From positions 1,037 to 65,036 of the forward strand of contig QOQV01000004.1 in the NCBI GenBank assembly GCA_003327435.1: a DNA stretch of 64,000 nucleotides, given 5' to 3'. Below the pieces are notes generated by a model that did no database searches, was not told where the DNA came from, and saw only the letters and a list, made by a program, of their open reading frames with translations. Of this stretch, positions 8,201 to 17,779 are shown piece after piece. Made by a program: the position numbers and the translations under genes. The stretch is from Ignavibacteriota bacterium. GTDB taxonomy: Bacteria; Bacteroidota; Ignavibacteria; UBA10030; BY39. How positions within the stretch are numbered: position 1 is the first letter of the stretch; each line of letters starts with the position of its first letter.

Positions 8201-10549
8201 TTATTTAATTTTACAGGATTCAATAACTAATTCTTCTTTTTCTTTTTGAACTGAACCCCTTTCGCCTTTTCGCGTTAATTTATGACCAAGCAAAACCCTT
8301 TCAAGGTTTGCTGGTAATTCATAAATTCGCTTCCCTGTTGCATTATAGATCGCGTTAACGATTGCAGGTGCAGCAATTTCGTTGGTCGGTTCACCTATGG
8401 ATTTTGCTCCAAATGGTCCGGTAGAATCTTCATTCTCAACAATTATTGCTCGAACATTTGGGACATCCATAGCAGTTGGTAAAAGATATTCATCAAAATT
8501 TAATTGCTTTGGAATTCCATCTTCAATTTCAAATTCTTCAAGCAACCCATATCCTAAACCCATAGCAACACCACCGTAAAATTGTCCTAACACAGTTTGT
8601 CTATTGATAGCTCTACCTACATCGTGAGCGGAGACAAAATCTACCACATTAACTTTACCGGTTTCTGTGTCGACTTCAACTTCAGCAATGTTTGTTCCGT
8701 ACACAAAAGTAAAGTAAGCAATTCCCTGACCGTGTTCTTCGTCCCAGCTTGTTTGTGGAGATTTGTACCATCCGAAACCATACATTGGTCTGCCTTTTTT
8801 AAAGCATTCAGCTGCAAGTTCTGAGAAAGAAGCAAGTCGTTCACCAGAATCTTTATCGATTAAATAATTATCTTTCAAGTCGAGAACCTGAACATCATAA
8901 CCCGTCATTTCCGATGCGACACTTAGCAAAGTTGAGCGGACGATTTCAGCAGCACGCTTGGCGGCGTAACCACCCATAATTGTTCCTCTTGATGCAACTG
9001 TTGGTCCAGAGTCAGGTACACGACTCGTATTAGTGTTTAAGAAAACAATTCGATCCATCGTAATGCCTAAAACTTCAGCAGCAATCTGACACATCTGAGT
9101 TTGTGCACCCTGTCCCATATCAGTAATTCCAGAAGATACGATTACACTTCCATCTGTCTGGACTGAGACGATTGTACCAGCTGCATCTGTTCCTTCTGCC
9201 CCAAGCGAAACACCTCGATAACTGCAGGCAAGTCCAATACCTCTTCTGATTGGTGAATCCTGAGCCGATTTGTATTGTCTCCACTTGTTTTGAAAATCTA
9301 TTTCCTTTGCAGCTTTAGTAAGTACTTCTTTTAAGCTTACATTATGATCTAATGTTTGTCCTGTGGCTGTTATGGCACCTCTTTCAAATCCGTTCTGTAA
9401 TCTTATTTCAAGGGGGTCCTTACCAACTTTTTCTGCAATAATGTCCATCATCGATTCAATTGCAAAATTCACCTGTGGTGAACCAAACCCCCTCATAGCT
9501 CCGGTGTAATTATTGTTTGTATAAACAGCGTAAACATCTGTTTTAACATTTTCACAATAATACGGACCTGTTGCCTGAACAACTGAGCGCCAGGTTACAA
9601 ACGGACTCATCGAAGCATATGCGCCTCCATCAGCATATATTTTAATTTCCATTGCTGTGATTGAACCATCTTTTTTTATTCCCCATTTATAATACATCGT
9701 ATATGGATGGCGCTTGTAACTTTCGAGCATTGATTCTTCTCGAGTATTCACCATCTTGACTGGTTTTCCTGTTTTGAGAGCAAGCAGTGCGGCACGGCAA
9801 CACATTGAAGTCATAACTTCATCTTTCCCACCAAAAGAACCACCAAGCGTTGCTTGGATAATTTGAACTTTATTAAGCGGCAAATTCAATGCTGCTGCAA
9901 CAGAGCGACGACTTGAGAAAAGATTCTGTACAGAACCAATAATTCGGACCCCACCATGTTCAGATGGCTCAGCGAGAACTGCCTCCGGCTCAAGATATGA
10001 GTGCTCGATAAATTGGGTTTTAAATTTTTTTTCGATTATAAATTCTGCTTCTGCAAAACCTTTTTCAATATCTCCTTTTCGAACTTTATGATGAACAAAA
10101 ACATTATCATCCCCATGAATTTTTGGAGCATCAGGGTGAGCTGCGTCTTCTGGATCTGTGACAACAGGTAAAGGTTCATATTCAACTTCAATCAGTTCAA
10201 GAGCTTCTTCTGCAATTTCTTTAGTTTTGGCTGCAACAAGAGCAACGCCATCACCAAGGTAGCGCACCCTATCCTCAGCCAAAATTGCCTGATTTTGAAC
10301 CACAATACCAAAAACTTTACTCCCCGGAATATCTTTAGCCGTAAGTACAGCTTCCACACCAGGAAGTTTTTCAGCCTTTGAAGTATCAATCTTTAAGATT
10401 TTCGCATGTGGATGCTTTGCTCGCAACACTTTACCATAAAGTTGATGAGCAACATTGTAATCTTCTGCGAATTTAGCTTTACCTGTAACTTTACCAAGAG
10501 CATCAACTCGGCTTTCAGGTTTTCCAATTATTTTATAATTTTGTTCCAT
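8201..10549 (-). CDS. Molybdenum hydroxylase large subunit, molybdopterin-binding (xanthine dehydrogenase / aldehyde oxidase family).
   Basis: 782-aa ORF with an a/b-hammerhead followed by the aldehyde oxidase/xanthine dehydrogenase MoCo domain (GGSFGGK, GQG..Q). It is first in an operon with the FAD and 2Fe-2S subunits. Confidence 0.8.
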   Translation of the reverse strand: MEQNYKIIGKPESRVDALGKVTGKAKFAEDYNVAHQLYGKVLRAKHPHAKILKIDTSKAEKLPGVEAVLTAKDIPGSKVFGIVVQNQAILAEDRVRYLGDGVALVAAKTKEIAEEALELIEVEYEPLPVVTDPEDAAHPDAPKIHGDDNVFVHHKVRKGDIEKGFAEAEFIIEKKFKTQFIEHSYLEPEAVLAEPSEHGGVRIIGSVQNLFSSRRSVAAALNLPLNKVQIIQATLGGSFGGKDEVMTSMCCRAALLALKTGKPVKMVNTREESMLESYKRHPYTMYYKWGIKKDGSITAMEIKIYADGGAYASMSPFVTWRSVVQATGPYYCENVKTDVYAVYTNNNYTGAMRGFGSPQVNFAIESMMDIIAEKVGKDPLEIRLQNGFERGAITATGQTLDHNVSLKEVLTKAAKEIDFQNKWRQYKSAQDSPIRRGIGLACSYRGVSLGAEGTDAAGTIVSVQTDGSVIVSSGITDMGQGAQTQMCQIAAEVLGITMDRIVFLNTNTSRVPDSGPTVASRGTIMGGYAAKRAAEIVRSTLLSVASEMTGYDVQVLDLKDNYLIDKDSGERLASFSELAAECFKKGRPMYGFGWYKSPQTSWDEEHGQGIAYFTFVYGTNIAEVEVDTETGKVNVVDFVSAHDVGRAINRQTVLGQFYGGVAMGLGYGLLEEFEIEDGIPKQLNFDEYLLPTAMDVPNVRAIIVENEDSTGPFGAKSIGEPTNEIAAPAIVNAIYNATGKRIYELPANLERVLLGHKLTRKGERGSVQKEKEELVIESCKIK

Positions 10550-11446
10550 TTTGTTGATAAATATAATTAAATTTTTACGAAAATCATAAATTGTAAGAGA
10601 AACAAAAAAAGATGCTTATTTTCTTGATATTATTTAGATAAGATAAATCGGTTCAAAAACTTAGAATCAATACTTATATGATTTAATTACATGCTATAAT
10701 TATATTTTCTGGATCCTTTAATAAACTTATTTTAGCTAATGTAATTTTGCTATCCCTTTAAACTTATAAGAAAAAATTATCCCTTGGAAATGTTTCTTCT
10801 GAATTTCGCTTTTAGAGCAAGTAATATTTTTTGCATATATAAGATATCAATAGCTTTTTGACAATAATCATCCAATCCTTCATCAATAGAGCTACTTTTA
10901 TTGGATTTAAACAGGTGAGCTATATGCTAATTATACAACAATTTGCTTTTGTATCTGCAACGATAAAAATTATGGCATAATCCACAAAGTATTATTTCTG
11001 GTCAATACATCTGATGAAGACGCAATTATTTTAAAAAAGTATTAAGAGACTTTTTATCTTATCATCAGTTCTTTGTGTTGCATCTAATCATTCATTTTTT
11101 TTGCCAGTATAAAGTATCCGCTCCAGAGTATCTTCAGCAGGTCTTGTGAGAAGATATTCGAATGTTTTCTTTACCCAGGTATGACTGGATACAGTTCCGC
11201 ACATTTCCATGATGTTCATTTTCAGGGTTCGGTTTTCAAAATTGCAATTGAGGAAAAGACCATACTCTAAAAAGCTCCAACCTGTTGCTTCCAATTTGAG
11301 CTTTTCGTTTTGAAGTCGGATCGTACGTAAGGAGATATATATTGTAAAAAATTTAATCCTTCTACGATAGATAATTCATTGCATAATAACTAAATATAAA
11401 AGCATCGATTGATTACGAACTTAATAGCTTGATCAATCAATTACTA

Positions 11447-11735
11447 TTTGTATTTGATAATATCGCCTTCGATAATGCTGACTCGAGTATTATAAATACC
11501 ACCGACAAGGGCACCAATAACAATATCAATGAAATCATATTTGGTTTCAATTTTTAGATTGATCACAGCATCTCCTCCTGACGCCTTTAATTCGTTTGAG
11601 ACAATCTCATTAATATTTGTATGTCCGGACGGGATAAGACCTAAAATAAACCAGCCAGATCGATCGGTAATAGAGAAATGTTTAATAACAGTGTATTCTC
11701 TTGTTTCAGCTGCGGATCCGCCTCTGGCGGAAAAC
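11447..11735 (-). pseudogene. YbjQ/UPF0145 (DUF74)-like remnant with no start codon.
   Basis: Reverse-strand frame between a TAG at 11736-11738 and the stop at 11444-11446 translates to ..EYTVIKHFSITDRSGWFILGLIPSGHTNINEIVSNELKASGGDAVINLKIETKYDFIDIVIGALVGGIYNTRVSIIEGDIIKYK. This is collinear with E. coli YbjQ (GADAVVGIDIDYE..). There is no ATG, GTG or TTG in frame. Confidence 0.45.
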
Positions 11736-11829
11736 TACTGCCACTTGGCGGGCAAGATTTCAAAAGAAATTTTGTTTATAATGTTTTGGAGATATAACTC
11801 GGACATATTAAATCTCAACAGATTCGCCG

Positions 11830-12530
11830 TTTTTAAATATTTTTTAAACCTTTAAACTTTTCCCAGTTTTCTTCTTTTGTTAAAGGTTATGTAGCAACAA
11901 TTACTGCTTTCTGATCAGGGCTCTTAATTTCTTGAAGATGTAAATGATAGCCATCAACTTTCAATGTCACCTCTTGAAATGGGTGTTTTCTTCTTGTGTA
12001 ATACAAGCTATCATCTCCAAAAGCAAAGAGATATTCCCCGTTAGATAATAAAAAATTTAAATTTCCCAAATTATAGATTCGCGAAGCTTCTAATTTAAGG
12101 GTTTTAGCAATTTCTGTAAGATCAGTCTTTTCATAAATTTTATCTAATAGGTAGCAAAAAGAATGTTAGGAGTCTGTGTCGCCTTCAGTATAAAAATTAT
12201 TTAAAGGAAAATTTTTTATATCTATTACAGTTCCGTTGTGTGCAAAGCTCCACTTTTCCCGAACAAAAGGATGCGTATTACGATGAATCTTTTTACCGCA
12301 ACTTGCAAGCTGAACATGACCAATAATAATTTTACTCCTTAAGTTAAATTCTTTCTGAGCAATATTTTGGTTAAGCAAAGAGGAAGGTTCTTTGAATAAA
12401 TCCGGTTTTCATTACTCTAAAAAACAAAGCCGAATCCATGCGGATTACTCTTGCCTCTTTTACTAAACTCCCTTAAAGAAAACGCAATATCAACATATTT
12501 ATTTGAGCATACACCTAACAATTGACACAT
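11830..12530 (-). pseudogene. Class II (Ntn) glutamine amidotransferase, YafJ-like, inactivated by at least two frameshifts and one in-frame TAA.
   Basis: Reverse-strand pieces are collinear with E. coli YafJ. (1) MCQLLGVCSNKYVDIAFSLREFSKRGKSNPHGFGFVF, then a stop. (2) After a frameshift: KPDLFKEPSSLLNQNIAQKEFNLRSKIIIGHVQLASCGKKIHRNTHPFVREKWSFAHNGTVIDIKNFPLNNFYTEGDTDS, then TAA at ~12163-12165 replacing a conserved Glu. (3) HSFCYLLDKIYEK..NLGNLNFLLSNGEYLFAFGDDSLYYTRRKHPFQEVTL..AVIVAT, then a stop. (4) After a frameshift: PLTKEENWEKFKGLKNI. Confidence 0.7.
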
Positions 12531-12643
12531 AGATTTATCCCCACTAAGTTAATAGTTTAATAAGTTTATAATACAAATTTTCAACATCTATCCCACTTCC
12601 ATCCTCAAAAACAAAACTTTTGACTTTTTTACCCACACCGATA

Positions 12644-13315
12644 TTATAACCTCAATAGGTATCCATTGTTTTTTAACCATTCTCTGGAGTTTTCATAATT
12701 TGGCAGTAGCATTTTTACTTTATTCCAAAAAATCTTTGAATGATTTTTTTCTTCGAGATGTACAAGTTCATGGACAACAACATAATCTATTACAGGAAGT
12801 GGAGCCATAATTAATCGCCACGAAAAATTCAAGTTTCCTTTTGGAGAACAGGAGCCCCATCTTATATTTGCATCTGTGATGCGAATTTTATTGAACTCAA
12901 ATCCTCTTTTTTGAGCATACAATTTAATTCTCTCAGAAATCTTTTCATAAGCTCTTTCTTTATACCAGTTGATAAATAACTGCCTTGCCATTGGCTGATA
13001 ATTCCTCAAAAGAAAGAAACCATTATTAAACTTTAGTGGTATATCCTGCTCGTTAACAATGTATAATTTGTATGATTTTCCAAGATAAAGAAATCCCTCT
13101 CCATTTACAAACTCTTTTTCTGCAAATTGTGGGTCCCTGCTTAGCACCTCATTTTTCTTTTTTTCAATCCATTTTAGATGTTTAGTAACGACTTTGTTTA
13201 TAGTTTCTTCACTTACTTCAAAAGGTGCCCTAACTATAAGAGTCACATCATCAGTTAACTGAAGAGCTATTGTCTTTCTTTTTGACCGAATTATTTTATC
13301 AATTTTGACCTGCAT
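12644..13315 (-). CDS. DUF45/YgjP-like zinc metallopeptidase (M48 superfamily), the usual accessory gene of Type I R-M loci.
   Basis: 223-aa ORF with an HELVH zinc motif. It lies 3 bp downstream of hsdR on the same strand. Confidence 0.7.
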   Translation of the reverse strand: MQVKIDKIIRSKRKTIALQLTDDVTLIVRAPFEVSEETINKVVTKHLKWIEKKKNEVLSRDPQFAEKEFVNGEGFLYLGKSYKLYIVNEQDIPLKFNNGFFLLRNYQPMARQLFINWYKERAYEKISERIKLYAQKRGFEFNKIRITDANIRWGSCSPKGNLNFSWRLIMAPLPVIDYVVVHELVHLEEKNHSKIFWNKVKMLLPNYENSREWLKNNGYLLRL

Positions 13316-13318
13316 TTA

Positions 13319-16300
13319 TTAATTTTTACCTCCATAAATATGATATGCGAGCTCTAACAATCTTTGAGCTATTTCATTTCTTTTGTTCAATAAATCAACA
13401 TTCCGTGGTTGTTTTAATAAGTGGGAAATTATAAATGATTTTAATTTTTTTTGCTTTGTGTAGTTTTCCCAGAAATCAACTGATGATATTTCTCTTTTGA
13501 TGATTTCTATTACATCTTTGGTTAAACTAACTAAAAAATCAATTTGATTTTCATCATAATTTTCTATAGGTTCTTTACCCAGAATCATCTGTTTCAGTAA
13601 TCCAAAAAATGGCATTTCTTTTTTGGGATCAAAGCCAAAGGTTTGTTCGAACTCTCTTCCTTTTTTAATTTCACCTGTAAGTTTTTCCAATTCCTGAGCC
13701 AGCATATCCCAATTTTCTTTATATTCTTCCAGCAACCTTTTCAACTTATCTGAAAAACGCTCATATAACTCCGGGTCTTCCTCAAAATGTTTCTCAATAT
13801 GTTCTCTTATTGCATATTCCAATTCTGTTGATTTTGCTTTTGAAGTTTTTCCATGTAATTTAGATATAAAATCTTCTGAAAGCAAGGAAATAGGCGAAAT
13901 CTTTGGATCAACTCCATTTGATATTAAATATTCCTCCACAATTTCTCTTATCTTTTTACTCGCATCTTTTATGCTCAGTTTATCATCCCTGTATCTCTGT
14001 CTTGCAGATTCTTTTATAAAGTTGATAATCTTTAAATCCGTTGTATATTTTAATGCTTCTGGATCTGGAAGCACCTTATCCATTGCCTTATTGAAATCGC
14101 GAACAAGCGCTATAAATTCATCTCTTATTTCTTCATCAACCAGCAAATCAACACATTCTTCGAGATTTTCTCGCCAGTTATCAATTTCAAATTTTTTGAA
14201 AAAATTTTCAATCTGACTGTGTGTATATTTTAATTCATCTTTGGTTTTTGACTTATTGACAACAACCTGACATATTTCTTCAATATCATCATCTGCGTAT
14301 ATTGCAAGAGCCTCTTTTAAATGTTTTAAAACTCCAACATAATCAACAACAAAACCGCACGATTTGTTTTTGTAAACCCTATTAACTCTTGCAATTGCCT
14401 GTAATAGATTATGTTCTTTTATAACATTATCAAGATACATAACTTGTTCTATCGGTGCGTCAAAACCTGTAATAAGCATTTCTTTTACCACGATGATTCC
14501 AACATCTCCGCTTATTCCAGTTTTATCATCTTTTTTATCAAATGGCATTTTGAAACTTTTAATATTTTTATCGTGTTCATCTTTATCTATAAATTCTCTC
14601 TTGAAAATTTTTGGATCATCGTTTGACAAACCAGTTATAATAACAGCGACTTTAAGTTTTTTAAGTGTATCTATATCAAGATTATCAGGGTTATTTTTTT
14701 CCAGTTCTTTTATTTTTTCTTTAAGTGCATTTTCAAGCTTTTCTTTATATCTTATTGCTGCAAGTCTTGACGCAGCAACCACCTGAGCTTTAAAACCATT
14801 TGGAAAAACATGGGTTATATAATGTTCTATCATATCCTTTGCTTTATCTCTTATCACATTCTCATCTTCAAGATAGGCGCGCCATGTGTATTTCCCCATT
14901 ATTCGCTGTCTTTCCTCAGCATCAACTGCATGAAAAACATCCTCAAATTTTGCATTGGCTGCTTCTTCATCTGATAGCTCTGCAGAATGTGTTCTGCCTT
15001 CGTAAACGATTTCAACTGTTACACCATCATCAATAGATTGCCTTATGGTATATTTATCAATGTATTCTCCAAAAGTGATCTCAGTTTTCTCAATCGGGGT
15101 GCCTGTAAATGCTATTTTTATTGAGTTTGGAAGTGCTTTTCTTAGATTAGCTCCTAAATATTTATACTGAGTCCTGTGAGCTTCATCTATCATGACAAGA
15201 ATCTTGTGTGATTTATTAAGTTCTGGAAATTCGGTTTTAAGTTCTCTATCCTGAAATTTATGTATCATTGCCATTACTAAATCGGGTGTATCTGTCCTGA
15301 GAAGTTCTTTTAATTTTTCAATGCTGTAGGCGTGCTTGATAGTATAACCAACACTTCTTGAAGTATCTTTAAGTTGCTTTTCAAGTTGTTCTCTATCTGT
15401 TACAAAAATTATTTTAAAACCACTAAGTTCAGGATCATGATAAATTGCTCTTACTGTATGCATCATTGTTAAAGATTTACCTGATCCCTGTGTATGCCAA
15501 ACTATTCCACCTTTTTCTTCTGTCGTTCTTCCTTCCTTTAGTCTTTTTACTATTTTTTTCACAGTCCTGAATTGTTGATATCGTGGGGCTATTTTTATTA
15601 CTCCCATGCCTTTGGGATCTTCAACAAAAAGGGTAAAAATACGAAGAATATCCAATAAATTACCTTTTGTAAGTGTACCCTGAACTAAAACATCCTGACC
15701 TGTAATGGTTTTCTCCTTGCTTATATCAGAAAGGTTATAAGGATACGGATCTTTCCATTCATTGAAATGATCATATTCAGATGTTATAGTACCTAATTTT
15801 GCCATCTGATTGGATGTGGCAATTGTAAACAGGTTATACCAGAAAATTTTTTCATTTCCTTCTTTCTCGCCTCTTCTGTTTGAATATCTCATAAGTTGCG
15901 TTATTGCTTCGTTTACAGGGTCTGCAATTGCTGGAGATTTACACTCTACAACAACCAAAGGCAAACCATTGACAAAAAGGACCATATCAGGGATTATATG
16001 CTTTTCAGTGCCTGGAATATTCACTTTAAATTGAGAAATAGCAATAAAAGAATTGTTTTCTGGGTTTTGAAAATCAATGTATTTTACTGTTGGGCTTCTT
16101 TCCCCTGTTTTTCTATTTTCTGAAACAGAAGTATTTTCTAAAAGTAAATCGTTGATTTCTCTGTTTGCTTCAAGTAAAGAATTTGCTTGTGGTGTTGTTA
16201 TTCTTCGCACCACTTCGCTTATCTGGTCATCTTCTATCCATGGGTTTATTTTTTTAAGAGATTCTTTAATTTCATTTTCAAGAATAACTTCTCTAAAGCT

Positions 16301-16477
16301 TTCCCTAAACTTCACACTATCACCATAAACAGGTTCGCCGTTACTATTAAATTTGATAATTTCTTTTACATCTTCTGGATTATCTTTATTTTGTCTGTAA
16401 ATCTTCCAGCCAATCCTTTGAAGATGTGCAAGCAATGGATTTTCTACATAATGTTCTTCGTCAAGTTTGGTGTACAT
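13319..16477 (-). CDS. hsdR: Type I restriction enzyme, R subunit (HsdR).
   Basis: 1052-aa ORF. SF2 helicase motifs are present (HTQGSGKSLTM Walker A, DEAH box in MIDEAHRTQ, motif VI QAIARVNR) along with an N-terminal nuclease region. It lies 3 bp downstream of hsdS. Confidence 0.85.
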   Translation of the reverse strand: MYTKLDEEHYVENPLLAHLQRIGWKIYRQNKDNPEDVKEIIKFNSNGEPVYGDSVKFRESFREVILENEIKESLKKINPWIEDDQISEVVRRITTPQANSLLEANREINDLLLENTSVSENRKTGERSPTVKYIDFQNPENNSFIAISQFKVNIPGTEKHIIPDMVLFVNGLPLVVVECKSPAIADPVNEAITQLMRYSNRRGEKEGNEKIFWYNLFTIATSNQMAKLGTITSEYDHFNEWKDPYPYNLSDISKEKTITGQDVLVQGTLTKGNLLDILRIFTLFVEDPKGMGVIKIAPRYQQFRTVKKIVKRLKEGRTTEEKGGIVWHTQGSGKSLTMMHTVRAIYHDPELSGFKIIFVTDREQLEKQLKDTSRSVGYTIKHAYSIEKLKELLRTDTPDLVMAMIHKFQDRELKTEFPELNKSHKILVMIDEAHRTQYKYLGANLRKALPNSIKIAFTGTPIEKTEITFGEYIDKYTIRQSIDDGVTVEIVYEGRTHSAELSDEEAANAKFEDVFHAVDAEERQRIMGKYTWRAYLEDENVIRDKAKDMIEHYITHVFPNGFKAQVVAASRLAAIRYKEKLENALKEKIKELEKNNPDNLDIDTLKKLKVAVIITGLSNDDPKIFKREFIDKDEHDKNIKSFKMPFDKKDDKTGISGDVGIIVVKEMLITGFDAPIEQVMYLDNVIKEHNLLQAIARVNRVYKNKSCGFVVDYVGVLKHLKEALAIYADDDIEEICQVVVNKSKTKDELKYTHSQIENFFKKFEIDNWRENLEECVDLLVDEEIRDEFIALVRDFNKAMDKVLPDPEALKYTTDLKIINFIKESARQRYRDDKLSIKDASKKIREIVEEYLISNGVDPKISPISLLSEDFISKLHGKTSKAKSTELEYAIREHIEKHFEEDPELYERFSDKLKRLLEEYKENWDMLAQELEKLTGEIKKGREFEQTFGFDPKKEMPFFGLLKQMILGKEPIENYDENQIDFLVSLTKDVIEIIKREISSVDFWENYTKQKKLKSFIISHLLKQPRNVDLLNKRNEIAQRLLELAYHIYGGKN

Positions 16478-16480
16478 ATC

Positions 16481-17779
16481 TTATACCTCTTTTTCTTTAA
16501 TTAACTTATTCACCCTCACCTTTCCAGTAAGTAAATCTTCCATTAAGCCTTTTTTGAAACGCTCAAGTTTTTGTTTGTAGGCTTCTTCTTTTTCTATGGT
16601 GTTGTCTATCTGTGAAAGAATTTCAGCAATGCGCTTTTGTTCGGAAAGTGGGGGGAGGGGGATAAATGCATTTTCTATTGTTTCTTTTGTTATTCCAAAC
16701 CTGGTAATTCCGTTTGCCTGTTTCTGAAAATGTATATTTATTGAAGGGAAAGCTAAAATTCTAGATAAAAACAATCCTTCAATATTATCTTTAACTTTTA
16801 ATAAAGCTAAGTGATAACCACAAACTAAATTATCAATTTCATCTCTAACATAAGCAGATTTGGCAATATCATTAAATTCTTCTGAATCTTTGGTGATAAT
16901 AACATCTCCTTTAGAAATTTTAAATTTTTCAATTTCTCTATTATTTGCTGAACCAACCATAAAGTTTAATTTTTTTGTAACATAGTCATTTTGATAAACT
17001 TCTAAATAATTACAAAGTAAAACTTTTTTTTCTCTGTCAAAAATTTTTTTATCAACATTACTTAACCTAAGATCTACTACCTCCCCCAATCTCACCACTT
17101 CCCACTCTTCTGGAATTTTGCCGAGGGGGGAGTTTTTGAATTTGTGGGTTTTTTCGCTGCGGATTTTGCCATTTTCATCAATGCCTTTTGTGAGTAAATC
17201 CTGCATCAAGCCCTGTTTGATACGTTTGTATTTCTCAATGATTTTGTCGGTTTTTTCAATTGCACGGTCAACAGTTTCTAAAATTTCGGCAATTTTTTGC
17301 TGCTCGTGGAATTCTATGGGATAAGTTATAAAAATTCTTTCAAAATCATCATTTGAGATAGCTTCTTGCGTTGTTCCTTCTGCTAACAAATCCTTTTGTC
17401 GATTAAATCTATCACTTAGAAAGTATTGAAATACATATCTAGGATTAATAGTAGTTTCAATCATTGCAAATCCCGTAGATAAAATATATTCTTTTTCTAA
17501 CTCCTCGTTTATTAATAAAACCTTAATAGAATTTCTCATTTTAGCAAATGCAATTCTATCTTTCTTTGGTTGCATATTAGCCCGTGAAGGTCGATTGCGA
17601 TAACTTATTATTTCTTCTATATGAGTTATTTGAGAATATTGAACAGAATTTGTTGACAAATAATTTTTATATCCTTGAAAGTATTCTATACCACTTCCAA
17701 CAATCTTAAAAAATTCTTTTTCCCCCAACCTTACCCTTTTCCACCCTTCAGGCACTTTTGTATTTTCATTCATGTGCAT
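16481..17779 (-). CDS. hsdS: Type I restriction-modification specificity subunit (HsdS) with two target-recognition domains.
   Basis: 432-aa ORF. Its central and C-terminal regions carry the typical internal repeat ([22 protein letters not shown] / ..KGID). It overlaps hsdM by 14 bp. Confidence 0.8.
   Translation of the reverse strand: MHMNENTKVPEGWKRVRLGEKEFFKIVGSGIEYFQGYKNYLSTNSVQYSQITHIEEIISYRNRPSRANMQPKKDRIAFAKMRNSIKVLLINEELEKEYILSTGFAMIETTINPRYVFQYFLSDRFNRQKDLLAEGTTQEAISNDDFERIFITYPIEFHEQQKIAEILETVDRAIEKTDKIIEKYKRIKQGLMQDLLTKGIDENGKIRSEKTHKFKNSPLGKIPEEWEVVRLGEVVDLRLSNVDKKIFDREKKVLLCNYLEVYQNDYVTKKLNFMVGSANNREIEKFKISKGDVIITKDSEEFNDIAKSAYVRDEIDNLVCGYHLALLKVKDNIEGLFLSRILAFPSINIHFQKQANGITRFGITKETIENAFIPLPPLSEQKRIAEILSQIDNTIEKEEAYKQKLERFKKGLMEDLLTGKVRVNKLIKEKEV

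Noticed and set aside
10550-10720. Purine riboswitch upstream of the Mo-hydroxylase operon.
   Set aside because: The 5' leader (reverse complement of 10550-10720) lacks the conserved purine-riboswitch junction sequences. It is just AT-rich promoter DNA.
11088-11294. 68-aa minus-strand ORF (..EATGWSFLEYGLFLNCNFENRTLKMNIMEMCGTVSSHTWVKK..).
   Set aside because: Its frame extends upstream without a start. I could not match it to YafJ, YbjQ or any other family. It is possibly another gene fragment, but there is too little to call.
11529-11855. 108-aa plus-strand ORF in the decayed zone.
   Set aside because: It lies antisense to the YbjQ-like remnant, whose reverse-strand translation is clearly homologous to a known family. 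The plus-strand ORF has no recognisable features.
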